Source: Mytilus californianus (Eukaryota). From it: DNA of 64,000 nucleotides. Below the pieces are notes generated by a model. It saw only the letters and a program-made list of their open reading frames with translations. It was not told where the DNA came from and searched no databases. Below are positions 48,301 to 62,522 of the stretch, piece after piece. Each line of letters starts with the position of its first letter. Positions within the stretch are counted from its first letter, which is position 1. Where the stretch lies: positions 83,080,001 to 83,144,000 of the forward strand of contig NW_026262690.1 in NCBI RefSeq assembly GCF_021869535.1. Reading direction: 5' to 3'. The translations under genes and the position numbers were made by a program.

Positions 48301-51300
48301 TATCGTTTAGTTTTTTCTTTGTTTTCACACAAAATTGCCTTATAATCATAACAAAATCTGACAATTTTGCAAAACTTGTAGCTTTGAAAAAAAGTTCCGA
48401 TGTTAATAATTTTTATTTTATTTTGAGGGCTGAAAATGATATAAACTACATTTTGACAAAGTACAATAAAATATACTTCAATTTCTATGTCAGATGAACA
48501 CCACCTCATCCCCCCTTCCTTTTCCCCCGAAAAAACCTTGAAGCCCGTCTTATCCTTCCTATTGACTACTTTGAGTATTAAATACATGGCGATAAGAGAA
48601 CTGTTGATAATTTGTATATATACTCTACCGAGGTGGTAGCTTATCCGTTTACACAGATAATATTTTACCGCCCTAATAGGTACCTTTGAAATGAAATAAT
48701 AATGGTAGTTCCTTTTGTGTGTTACAAAATGAAAACAGTTCCAAATATTTTACGGATTCGTAGATTGTAGATTTTTTACTGGAAAGCATTTTTTGGTCAA
48801 TTTTCTTGTAAATGAAATTTTTCCTTATGACTAAAATAGTGATGACTAGCGACATTCCTATGTATTAAACTTCTGTGTATTTTTGACAGTTCCAAAAAAA
48901 TTAACAAAAATACCGAACTCAAAGGTAGATTCAAAAGAGGGAAGTCAATAAAACCTGACAAAATCAAACGCTTGACTATATCAACCAACAGAACGAAAGG
49001 AAAACAACTATCATATTCATGAATTAATACAGGCATTTTCAGAAAAAAATTAGTGGGTTTAATCTGGTTTTATAGCTAGCTCAACCTCCCTCTGGGATGA
49101 CAGTTGTTTATAAAATAAAAAACCCAAATAAAAATAATTAATGAACCTGACAATAATTGGGATCCAGCGGCTAAAACTGTGAACACAAACATCACAGACA
49201 TAAAACACGATAGACTTAAAAGTTGAACAAACATACAAATAAAACTGACAAAGACGCCAACAAAATAATATACTAGTACACTTTCCCGATAAATTGCAAA
49301 TTGGATAAAATATTGATAAAAGGGTATCAAAAATGGAAACAACACTATAAAAACCTCAAGCGTCCGAATCGTACCTCTAGACCCACCCGCATCAGGAACG
49401 CCCAAAGCCACAAACCGGAAAGCTGGATGCACGAATACCGAGCCACGCCAAGAGTCATACGACCAAAAGGAAAACATACCAAACGGTATTTTGTGCTGAT
49501 GTCAAAAAAGCATTTGCAATTGCAATACTAAAGAAAAAACATGATTCATTCTACGTTGAATGAAATTGATTTTGTCTCATTGAAAAAATTAGAATATTTT
49601 TTTTAGTTAATTTGTTTGGTATTTTTTTTGGAGGGGGGAGGGAACTGAGGTCTCTGATCTAGGTTTTATGTTGATTATAATTCCATTAACACATCAGATT
49701 TGATTCACTTTTGTCATCCCTGTTTAACATCGGAATAATATAGCCTTTCGCTACAAAATTAATAAAACTACAATAAATATAGGAAGTGTGAAAAAATAAG
49801 CAAATCAGAAGTTTCTAACACAGCTAAATTCAAAAATGTCAGTATGTGATCATCAGAGTATAGGGATGATACCAGACCGTCCGTTCATCAGTTCATTTTA
49901 TACTTTCATGCAACTATATGTCATGTACCTCTTTTTCAAAATGCTACAATCAATGAAATTTTTTGTCATTGGCATACCAAATTATGACAAAGAAAATTCA
50001 GGGCTTTAAGTTTTCCTTGCATGTCTCAAAATAAACACCTTCAGAAAAGTAAGATAAAAAAAACACGGTGAATCGAAGAAAGACAAACAACACCATGGCA
50101 AAAGAAAAAGACGAAAAGACGAACAACAGTCCATCCTTCCTTAAAACTCTTCATAGAAATCTAAGACTAAGAACAAGAACATCATAAAAACCAAAAGGTT
50201 GAACTCAAGGACCCCGGATTGTGAAGCAGTTATCTAAATCTCATATTAAAAAAATCAAAAGCTTAAACACGGGTAGAATTTAGAACTATAATGATTGCAT
50301 ATACATAATTCTTGACGTCACTGTTTGAACTGCAAAAGGTTCATGACCAGTTACAAATGCTTCCATTCATTGTCATGAGATAAAAAAATAACATGCTTAA
50401 ATTCTTATGTATAACAATTATTTGGTCTACATTTTATAGTTTTCCATCATTCAGCTTGTAGAAAATAAAGATACACCCCATAGGGTTAATGTGATTGGTA
50501 AAAACGCACTGTTAAAAGGTTCGCAGCCTGATGTAAATGTTTCTTTTCAGTGTTATGAAATTAAAACTAATATGCTTAAATCTTATTTATTACATACATA
50601 ATGAATGAAATCTTAATAAATAAATTATTTTATTTAAGATATTAATCTCGTCGGCCTTGATTTTAAATCTAATAGAAAGAGCTAGCCATTGATGGTTTTG
50701 TGTATATTTTGTCCGTTGCGAAATGCAGTACGGGGTCCAGGTTGTTCTCTGAAGTAGAGGATTGACAGCAGCGTGGGGAAATTAGAAAAAAAAGTATGTT
50801 TTCCTCTTTCTCTTTTTTTTTTGGCTATTTAATTTAAGGAAGATCGGGGGTCTAAATTAATATTGGATTGCAAAAACCTGCAAATGATCGATTTAGATTT
50901 TTTACAAAATAAGAAAATTGGATGCAGAAATGAATTTATCTATGAAACTTTTATTTAAATGGAAAAAAAACAATTTTGTCTTGTGATATCAACTTTTTTT
51001 AAACAAAAAACAGAAAACGATTTCAACGAATTTAAATTTATAATGTAGCAAAAAAACTACAAAGGTGACCCTAATACTTCTTTTTATATTATGAATGCAC
51101 GTTTTAAAGACCTATCATCTCAGTTTTTTAATTCTATCGTTTAGTTTTTTCTTTGTTTTCACACGAAATTGCCTTATAATCATAACAAAATCTGACAATT
51201 TTGCAAAACTTGTAGCTTTGAAAAAAAGCTCCGATGTTAATAGTTTTTATTTTATTTTGAGGGGTGAAAATGATATAAACTACATTTTGACAAAGTACAA

Positions 51301-54300
51301 AACATATACTTCAATTTCTATGTTAGATGAACACCACCCCCTCTTCCCTTTTCCCCGAAGGAATTGAAGCCCGTCCTATCCTTCCTGTTGACTACAAATG
51401 AGTATTAAATACATGGCGATAAGAGAACTGTTGATAATTTGTATACTCTACCGAGTGGTAGCTTATCCGTTTACACAGATAATATTTGACCGCCCTAATA
51501 GGTACCTTTGAAATGAAATAATAATGCTAGTTCCTTATGTGTGTTACAAAATGAAAACACTTCCAAATATTTTACGGATGCGTCTAAAAAATCATTTAGA
51601 ATAAGATTGTAGATTTTTTACTGGAAAGCATTTTTTGGCAATTTTCTTGTAAATGAAACTTTTCCTTATGACTAAAATAGTGATGACTAGCGACATTCCT
51701 ATGCAACTTCTGTGTATATTTGACAGTTCCAAAAAAATTAACAAAAATACTGAAATCCAAGGTAAATTCAAAAGAGGGAAGTCAATAAATCTGGTTTTAT
51801 AGCTAGCTAAACCTCCCTCTGGGATGACAGTTGTTTATAGATCCGTTATATTAACAAAACAAACAAAAAAACAACTAGAAATAATTAGTGAACCAGACAA
51901 TAATTGGGATCCAGCAGCTAAGACTGTGAACACATACATCACAGACATACAACACAACAGACTTAAAAGATCGAACAAACATACAAATAAAACTGACAAA
52001 GACACCAACAAAATGATATACTAATACACTTTCCTGATAAATTGCAAATTGGATAAAATATTGATAAAAGGGTATACAAAATGGAAACAACAATATAAAA
52101 ACCTCAAATAATATATTATAAAAAAAGAAGATGTGGTATCATTGCCAACGAGACAACTCTCCACAAGAGACTAAATGACACAGAAATTAACAACTATAGG
52201 ACACCGTACGGCCTTCAACAATGAGCAAAGCCCATACCGCACAGTCAGCTATAAAAGGCCCCGAAATGAAAATGTAAAACAATTCAAACGAGAAAACTAA
52301 CGGCCTAATTTATGTACAAAAAAATGAACGAATAACAAATATGTAACACATAAACAAACGACAACCACTGAATTACAGGCTCCTACTTGGGACAGGCACA
52401 CACATACAGAATGTGGTGGGGTGAAACATGTTAGCGGGATCCCAACCCTCCCCCTAACCTGTGACAGTGGTGTAACAGTACAACATAAGAACGAACTATA
52501 AAAATCAGTTGAGAGAGGCTTAATTAACTCATCAGATGGATACAAATACAAATAATACAAATACAAGTGGACGTGGCCGGGTACTTGTACATCCAAACAA
52601 CAAAAAGACACTAAGTACAGATCTGAGAGTACTCGCAGTTACTGACAGTTAGTTCAAAGCCACTAACAACATCCAATGGATTTAGTGTAAAGACGTCATA
52701 AACAGTCATAGAAAAACATGACCTTGTGCAATGCCAAGATACAGGTATCGACAGATTGTAGATCCATCAATGTGTATATGTATATAACAATAATATTTAG
52801 TTACTAGTACACTTTCCCGATAAATTGCAAATTGGATAAAATATTGATAAAAGGGTATACAAAATGGAAACAACAATATAAAAACCTCAATCGTCCGAAT
52901 CGTACCTCTAGACCCACCCGCATCAGGAACGCCCAAAGCCAAAAACCGGAAAGCTGGATGCATGAATACAGAGCCATGCCAAGAGTCATACGACCAAAAG
53001 GAAAACATACCAAACGGTATTTTGTGCTTATGTCAAAAAAGCATTTGCAATAGCAATACTAAAGAAAAAACATAATTCATTCTACGTTGAATGAAATTGT
53101 TTTTGTCTCATTGAAAAAATTTGAATATTTTTTAAGTTAATTTGTTTTATTTTTTTTGGGGGGGGGGGGGGGGGGAGGGAACTGATCTAGGTTTTATGTT
53201 GATTATAATTCCATTACCACATCAGATTTGATTCACTTGTGTCATCCTTGTTTAACATCAAAATAATATAGCCTTTCGCTACAAAATTAATAAAACTACA
53301 ATAAATATAGGAAGTGTGAAAAAATAAGCAAATCAGAAGTTTCTAACACAGCTAAATTAGAAAATGTCAGTATGTGATCATCAGAGTATAGGGATGATAC
53401 CAGACCGTCCGTTCATCAGTTCATTTTATACTGTCATGCAACTATATGTCGTGTACCTCTTTTTCAAAATGCTACAATTAATGACAATTTTTGTCATTGG
53501 CAAACCAAATTATGACAAAGAAAATTCAGGGCTTTAAGTTTTACTTGCATGTCTCAAAATAAACTCCTGCAAAAAAGTAAGATAAAAAAACCCACGGTGA
53601 ATCGAAGAAAGACAAACAACACCATGGCAAAAGAAAAAGACGACAAGACAAACAACAGTCCATCCTTCCTTAAAACAATTCACAGAAATCTAAGACTAAG
53701 CAACAAGAACATCATAAAAATCAAAAGGTTGAACTCAAGGACACCGGGTTGAGAAACAGTTTCTAAATATCATATTAAAAAAAATCAAAAGCTTAAACAC
53801 GGGTAGAATTTAGAACTATAATGATTGCATACATAATTCTTGACGTCACTGTTTGAACTGTGGAAGGTTCGTGAACAGTTACAAATGCTTCCATTCATTG
53901 TCATGAGATAAAAAAATAACATGCTTAAATTCTTATGTATAACAATTATTTGGTCTACATTTTATAGTTTTCCATCATTCAGCTTGTAGAAAATAAAGAT
54001 ACACCCCATAGGGTTTATGTGATTGGTAAAAACGCACTGTTAAAAGGTTCGCAGCCTGATGTAAATGTTTCTTTTCACTGTTATGAAATTAAAACTAATA
54101 TGCTTAAATCTTATTTATTACATACATAATGAATGAAATCTTAATAAATAAATTATTTTATTTAAGATATTATTCTCGTCGGCCTTGATTTTAAATCTAA
54201 TAGAAAGAGCTAGCCATTGATGGTTTTGTGTATATTTTGTCCGTTGCGAAATGCAGTACGGGGTCCAGGTTGTTCTCTGAAGTAGAGGATTGACAGCAGC

Positions 54301-56817
54301 GTGGGGAAATTAGAAAAAAAAGTATGTTTTCCTCTTTCTCTTTTTTTTTTTTGGTTTTTAATTTAAGGAAGATCGGGGGTCTAAATTAATATTGGATTGC
54401 AAAAACCTGCAAATGATCGATTTAGATTTTTTACAAAATAAGAAAATTGGATGCAGAAATGAATTTATCTATGAAACTTTTATTTAAATGAAAAAAAAAA
54501 CAATTTTGTCTTGTGATATCAACTTTTTTTAAACAAAAAACAGAAAACGATTTCAACGAATTTAAATTTATAATGTAGCAAAAAAACTACAAAGGTGACC
54601 CTAATACTTCTTTTTATATTATGAATGCACGTTTTAAAGACCTATCATCTCAGTTTTTTAATTCTATCGTTTAGTTTTTTCTTTGTTTTCACACGAAATT
54701 GCCTTATAATCATAACAAAATCTGACAATTTTGTAAAACTTGTGGCTTTGAAAAAAAGCTCCGATGTTAATAATTTTTATTTTATTTTGAGAAGTGAAAA
54801 TGATATAAACTACATTTTGACAAAGTACAAAACATATACTTCGATTTCTATGTTAGATGAACACCACCCTCTCTTCCTTTTTCCCCGAAACAATTGAAGC
54901 CCTTCTTATCCTTCCTGTTGACTACTTTGAGTATTAATTACATGGCGATAAGAGAACTGTTGATAATTTGTATACTCTACCGAGTGGTAGCTTATCCGTT
55001 TACACAGATAATATTTTACCGCCCTGATAGGTACCTTTGAAATGTAATAATAATGCTGGCTCCTTTTGTGTGTTACAAAATGAAAACAGTTCCAAATATT
55101 TTACGGATGCGTCTAAAAAATCATTAAGAATAATTTTGAAAATTTTTTACTGGAGAGCACTTTTTAAAATTTTCTTGTAAATGAAACTTTTCCTTAAGAC
55201 TAAAATAGTGATGACTAGCGACATTCATATGTATCAAACTTCTGTGTATATTTGACGGTTCCAAAAAAATTAACAAAAATACCGAACTCCAAGGTAAATT
55301 CTAAAGAGGGAAGTCAATAAAACCTGATAAAATCAAATGAAACGAAAGGAAAAAAAACTATCATACTTATGAATTAATACAGGCATTTTCAGACAAAAAT
55401 TAGTGGGTTTAATCTGCTTTTATAGCTAGCTCAACCTCCTTCTGGGATGACAGTTGTTTATAGATCTGTTATATTAACAAAACAAAAAAACCCAGCTAGA
55501 AACTATTAGTGAACCTGACAATAATTGGGATCCAGCAGCTAAAACTGTGAACACATACATCACAGACATACAACACGACGACAGACTTAAAGGTTCGAAC
55601 AAACATACAAATAAAATTGACAAAGACGCCAACAAAATAATATACTAGTACATTTTCCCGATAAATTGCAAATTGGATAAAATATTGATAAAAGGGTATA
55701 CAAAATGGAAACAACACTATAAAAACCTCAAGCGTCCGAATCGTACCTCTAGACCCACTTGCATCAGGAACGCCCAAAGCCAAAAACCGGAAAGCTGGAT
55801 GCACGAATACCGAGCCACGCCAAGAGTCATACGACCAAAAGGAAAACATACCAAACGGTATTTTGTGCTGATGTCAAAAAAGCATTTGCAATAGCAATAC
55901 TAAAGAAAAAACATAATTCATTCTACGTTAAATGAAATTGATTTTGTCTCATTGACAAAATTTAAATATTTTTTTAGTTAATTTGTTTTGTTTTTTTTTT
56001 GTTTTTTTTTGGGGGGGGGGGGAGGGAACTGAGCTCTCGGATCTAGGTTTTATGTTGATTATAATTCCATTACCACATCAGATTTGATTCACTTGTGTCA
56101 TCCTTGTTTAACATCAAAATATTATAGCCTTTCGCTACAAAATTAATAAAACTACAATAAATATAGGAAGTGTGAAAATAAGCAAATCAGAAGTTTCTAA
56201 CACAGCTAAATTAAAAAATGTCAGTATGTGATCATCAGAGTATAGGGATGATACCAGACCGTCCGTTCATCAGTTCATTTTATACTGCAACTATATGTCA
56301 TGTACCTCTTCTTTTCAAAATGTTACAATTAATGACATTTTTTGTCATTGGCATACAAAAGTATGACAAAGAAAATTCAGGGCTTTAAGTTTTCCTTGCA
56401 TGTCTCAAAATAAACACCTGCAAAAAAGTAAGATAAAAAAAAACCACGGTGGTATTTCAAAAAGTTGTAAATCGAAGAAAGACAAACAACACCATGGCAA
56501 AAGAAAAAGACGAAAAGACAAACAAAAGTCCATCCTTCCTTAAAACATTTCACAGAAATCTAAGACTAAGCAACAAGAACTTCATAAAAACCAAAAGGTT
56601 GAACTCAAGGACCCCGGATTGTGAATCAGTTATCTAAATCTCATATTTGAAAAAATCAAATGCTTAAACAGGGGTAGAATTTAGAACTATTATGATTTGC
56701 ATACATAATCTTTTACGTCACTGTTTGAACTGTAGAAGGTTCATGACCAGTTACAAATGCTTCCATTCATTGTCATGAGAAAAATATTAACATGCTTAAA
56801 TTCTTATGTATAATAAT
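45307..56817 (+). repeat. Four-copy tandem array of a ~2.85-kb unit
   Basis: The anchor ttatttggtctacattttatag occurs at 45307, 47584, 50418 and 53946, giving unit lengths of 2277, 2834, 3528 and 2871 bp. The units are highly similar and each has a poly-T/poly-G tract. Confidence 0.93.
52108..52801 (+). mobile_element. 694-bp non-autonomous interspersed element inserted in array unit 3
   Basis: Absent from the other three units; contains agatgtggtatcattgccaacgagacaactctccacaagag...; flanked by an 89-bp direct duplication. Confidence 0.85.
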
Positions 56818-57358
56818 TATGAATGAAATCTTATTTTTTGTATGAAACATAATAAACATAAATAAAGAGACTTAAGATATTAATCTTTTTGAACTTGATT
56901 TAAAATTTAGTAAAAAAAAATCCTTAAAGTAGTTTTTGATAGTCAAGTCTAGATTTATTTCCGATGCAAATATTGAACGGATCCCAGTTATTGAACTCTC
57001 TTACCTTCGAGTGTTAAGAAGTAAAACTACAGGTTTTAAAGAGCCTGTGCCTCTCGCATAGGTCTATGTGAGTCTGTGTGACTCTGATTGGTCAATGTGC
57101 ATCTTCAACAATGGACACTCTAGAACATTGTGGACTAGAAAAGAATCCATGACAAAAACCTGTTTTTGTTGATCTTGTATTACTGTTGATCTTTTTTGTT
57201 TAACGTTTGTCTCTATCTTCTTTAGTTTTTGCCAGGAACAATGAAAGGACAAATATTTTACGGACAATCACTCTTATCAATAGTCTACGAACTATTTCTG
57301 CAAAATATTTACTTATATGTAGATCTTGTATCGCTGATCATTTTTGAAATGTAAAGTC

Positions 57359-57467
57359 AGAGGCGGATTAAGAGGGTTTTCCAGGGGGCCCGCCCCCTTT
57401 TTGTGGAAAAATTTGGTTGAGTATATGGGAAATCACTGAAGCATGACTGGATCGGGATCCGCCACTG
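57359..57467. mobile_element. Small MITE with cag.ggcggat terminal inverted repeats
   Basis: cagaggcggat...atccgccactg; related GC-rich copies at ~22935-23068 and ~36505-36705. Confidence 0.6.
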
Positions 57468-60400
57468 AAAGTATCTATCTATCGTTTATAGTTTTCGAAA
57501 AATAAATTATCATGAAAGAGTAAGAACTCCAATTAGTAAAATTAGTCATTTATGGGCATAACTTCTATAAGAAGATGTCATTTAGTTTTAATGTCAATGA
57601 ACAATAGGTAGATCTCATTATTCTGAACATTTTTTTTAACCCCTGTCAGATTTTCTTTATTCATAGACTATTTTAAGATAATATACAATACTTGGTTGAC
57701 AGGCGGGGTCATCGGACATATTTTAAAAACTGACGAGTGTGACCGAGAAGTTTCAGAGAGGCAGATTTTTGTAAAAGTTAACGGTTGACGACGGACGCCA
57801 AGTGATGAGAAAAGTTCACTTGGCCAGATGAACTAAAAATGAATGTCATCGATATCCTTTTTTGTTATTGTTGCTTATAAAGTTAAATTGCCGTCTATAC
57901 ATATTACTGACTTATTCACGCGAGCCTTACATATTAAAGACATCGTAATAAGATAAATGTGTCATTATGTTTGACTATGATTTAACATGATATTTTATAT
58001 TTTTCCGAATTGAATTTAAATTTGTTAGCTAAAGCATTTACTAAGATAATATTTTACGTCTGAATAAATATGTATAAATTGACGCCTTTCTAAATATTAC
58101 AAATTGAAACATTATTAAACATTTTTCAACTGAGTATGAAATTAATAAGAAAAAAAAATCAGATTATTTTTCTAAACGGTCCTTTCTACATAAGGAAATG
58201 CCTGTACCAAGTCAGGAATATGACAGTTGTTTTCCATTCGTTTGGTGTGTTTGAGCTTTTAATCTTGCCATTTTATAAGGGACTTTCCGTTTTGAATTTT
58301 CCTTGGAGTTCGGTATTTTTGTTATTTTACTTTTTTTTGGAAAGTATTTTGGTATTAGACTTTAAACACATTTATTATGATAATGGAATTAATAATTAAT
58401 TTTATGTTGGTTGAACTGTTCTTTTTTTTTATTCTGATTTGTTTTTATAACGATAAAACCGTAGCCGTTATTCTTTTTCTGTTTGGGGTATTTTTCTTTG
58501 TGATATTTTTATTTTTATTATACATGTACTTCCATTATGAGTATATAAAGTTGCATCATCTTTGCTTAAGATAGATTTCTATATAGCATTTCACTACAAG
58601 ATGCATAAAGTTAAAGAAGATCAAATTCGAAGTTTCAATTACAGCTGAATTCAAACATGAATTATGTATTTGGTCATCAGAGAATTTTGGGGTGAGATCA
58701 GACCATCCATTTGGTGAATTTTATCAGTTCTTTTGAATTTTCATATTTCACTATCATGTAACCAATTTTTTCATCTAACACATTGAATTACATTTTTGTT
58801 ATTTTTATGCCAAATTTGTGACAGAGATTTTATTGTTTTTAGCTACCATTGGTTGAAAAAAGAAGGAATATACCAAAGAAGGAATCAAAACCATAAGTCG
58901 ATTGTAGACAAACAACATCAAAAAAGAAAAAAAAGACGAAAATAAAACAACAAATCGTCCAAAAAATACTGCAAAGAAAGCTAAAGCTAAAACCTTACCG
59001 AAACTCGGGGGTAAACTCAGGCACCCCGTAAGATGAATAAATGTCTGCGCGACTATTTGTACTCGTCGAGTCTCCAATCTAGAGCAAACAGCATGTGGTA
59101 AGTCACTCGGTGCATGGTGTCATTAGCGAGAGACAGAGGACGGGTTGTGGCTTAAACAATCATACATATCCGTGGTCACCTGCGTTACTTGTTTGTATTA
59201 CGATCTCTGCAGTTTAAGAAATCAATTTTTAGTCTGAAAATCTTTGCGGTTGTATAGGATTTCATAGCTCTATTCTCATGAAAGTCTTTAATCCGCCTTG
59301 TATATTAAGAAAATTACCAAATGCTTAAACAGGTGTAATTTCGGGCTATTACTATTATAATATTATTGTATTAGTAATCCTGTATGTCTGTTTTTGATTG
59401 ATTTTTTGTTGTTTGCTTTATGTCCAGTGCCAAATATTTCGTGCTTGTTCAGGACGAGAACACACAAGCAACTAACACAATAGGTAGGTCATGCAATAGG
59501 GGTTTGACCGTCCTGAGGGGCGGGAATTTTGACTTTTTGGTGTCTAATGGACATATTGAGAACAGGCCTGTTGAGGTTTAGGAAGTTATTCCGCTCGACT
59601 ATTGGTTTTTTATGCTATTTCGAGCTGAAAGTTTAAACATTGACAGGAAGCAATATACTTATATCATATTTTGACATTGCACAAAGTCATTCGTTTAGCA
59701 GACTGTTAATTGAAGTCTTTACATTAAATCCTTTGGATGTGTACTGATTGACACTATAGTCTTGGAGAACTTGATTTATTTATTAGCTGTACTTGACTTT
59801 AAACTAGCTTTCAGTAACTACGAGTGCTAATTTTTTTGGTGTTTTGTTTCTATTGTTTTTATGTTAGTTGTTGTGCCTCGTATCGATCTTTTGAGTTAAG
59901 CCAATTGCTACTGATTTTTACAGTTTGTTCTTATGTTGTGATATTACGCCACTGTTTCAGGTTAAGGGAAGGGTTTTGGACAAACAAACATGTTTAAATC
60001 CGCCATATTTTTTATGTGTCTGTCCAAATTCAGGAGCCTGTTGTACAGTTGCTGTCGTTAATTCATGTCTGTCGTATTTGTTTTTCGTAAATTGTTTTGT
60101 TATAAATTAGGTCGTTGGTTTTCTCGTTTGAATTGTTTCTTTTTTTCATATCGGTGATATTTAAAGCCAACTATACAGTATGGGTTTTTCTCATTGTTAA
60201 ATTAAGGACGTACGGTTGTCTACTATTGCTTATACCCACTTCATTTGAAGTCTGTGGATAGTTGTCTCATTTGCAATCATACCACATCTCATTATTTCTA
60301 TATTAATAAATCTTTCCCTGTATAGAGTTAAAACTCGGATTAAATTATTAATCTGTTTGAAAATAAATATACCAAATGTTTTAATTGAGATCGATAAAAA

Positions 60401-62522
60401 AAATAACTGCATAAAGGTTCATGACCTGTTGAAAAGGTCCATTCGTTGAATAGCATGATTAAATCTTATTTATTACATTATGAATGAAATCTTGTTTGTC
60501 GTACACAAATGAAGATATACTTAAATATTAATCTTTTCGACCTTGATTTCAAGTAAAAAAAAATAGCCTCATTGTAATTAAAGATTGTTTGTTAAGTCTG
60601 TTAACGTGCAAAAATCGGAACGAATTCACCGTAATTGAATTATCTTTTTCTACATAATTAAAAGCAGGCCAGCTAGGGAAAAGTAAAAATGTCATTTACC
60701 TGGTGTTTTTTTTATTTTTTAAGTTAAAAATCCAGTCCTATATTATTTACTAAATTCTTGATTACTTACAGACATCGTGATAATAGAACTGTGTAATAAT
60801 TCTGTTTGACTTTGATTTAACATGTTGTTTTATAATCTCCTAATTGATGTTAAATTTGTTAGCTGGTCTATTCACTCATTTACCCGGATAAGATTTCGCC
60901 TTACGTGAAATAAAAACGATTAGCGCTGTTCCAATGCAATCTACTATTATGCAGATTTTAGAAAGTCCTGTTAGAAATATTGGGCATTACATTTTTTTCT
61001 GTTAATTTTTAATAAGTTAAATGAAATCATGTTTACACGAAATCTCAACTTTAAATCTTGTTCACTATAACATAAATAGTTGTTTTTGTTGGGGTTTACT
61101 TTGAGTTTTTTTTAATCATGCTGCCTTTAGAACATCACAGTTTTATACAGTTGTTACGAATTTGTTTATTTAGTAATTAATAGTCTTTCGCGAATCAGAA
61201 GTTAACACTACAGCTATATATTGATACACGATTCCAAAATTTGACATTAAAGTATGAAGTAACACCGTCCATTTCGCTCTTTTTATCCATTTATTTTTAT
61301 AATGTCTATTTCATGCTTTTAATCCATCTTTTAATGTACTTTCATGCTCACGATGTAACATTGAATGCAAATTTTGTTATTTTCATGCAAATTTTAAATA
61401 GTTACATTTAGTTGTGCCGCAAAGAAGCTGTTGCATTGCAGATAAAACTGAGAAGAAATCAAGGGGAGACAATCAAACAGCATTCAACAAAACAATAAAA
61501 AAAAAAGATTGAACAAAACACTGATTGCATTCAGGTACTCCGGAAGGGTAGTTAGGTGTTATGATTTCATTCCAAGCCAGGATACTAGTACTCATATTTT
61601 CTCAGTATTCCTTTAAAAAAGTCGTGAGGCTAAAGTCCCACCCTCGCTGCCAGTCCAGAAGATCGACACTTATTCCCCTTACATCCAGACTCCTTTACGT
61701 ATCCACAAAAAAAAAAAAAACAACCGATGACCGAAGAGAACACAAACACCGAGAAAGGAAAACTGTTTACCATATTAATCAACAGGGTCCCGATCATTCT
61801 CTTACATAACGCAGGTCTTGTAACCGTCGTGTTGCTCATGTTAAGGAAAATGCAGTGACAAAACAAATTCTGTAATGTCATAAATGAGGGAAGGAAAACG
61901 GGATTGTGTTTATGACAGATTGATCATATCTATGGTCAATGACACTTGATTCTTCTATATTGATGCAGCTGTTCAACAAAAAGGTATGGAAATTTTCTCT
62001 TGGTTTTTTTTTACTCAGAAGGATAAACTTTAAAAACTAACTGGAATTTGAATACAAAAGAGATAGCTCACACTGTCGATTTGATAACAATTTCACATAT
62101 AGTCGTTGTTTCAGAATGCTATTCGGTACTATACATTGTTGTTATAGGCAGTTTTGAAACAGCAATGCCAAATTTACAGTTTTCGTGAAATTTGGCATTG
62201 AAGGACATTCTAAACCAACTTAAATGTATTTGTATTTGAAATATAAAACATGGTTTTACTTCCAATATAATTTAGGTTTTGGTGAAGAATGGCCTCCTTG
62301 TTTATTTTTGTGTGAAATCCTTAATTGTACTATACCATTCTAACAAACATTTTCACATATCAACAGACCCATACAAATATACAACGAAAATCAAATGATG
62401 CTCTTTTTGGTTAACCGTCAACTGTACACATGAATTGTGTCATGTCTTATCGCATCATAAGATAATTTAGTCGAGAAGACTGATCTAGTCACGCTTACAT
62501 CAGATCATCATCGAAAGTCAAA

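Noticed and set aside
46473-55894. Basic 69-76 aa ORF (…KWKQHYKNLKRPNR…) and its antisense ORF, present in all four array units
   Set aside because: Persistence is explained by recent duplication. It starts at TTG, two plus-strand frames are open because the stretch is T-poor, and there is no polypyrimidine acceptor. It cannot be excluded without RNA data.
864-61881. Numerous 60-130 aa hydrophobic F/L/V/C-rich ORFs (e.g. 864-1163, 29037-29381, 58136-58574)
   Set aside because: These are typical translations of T-rich interspersed repeats and intergenic DNA, with no motifs or splice support.
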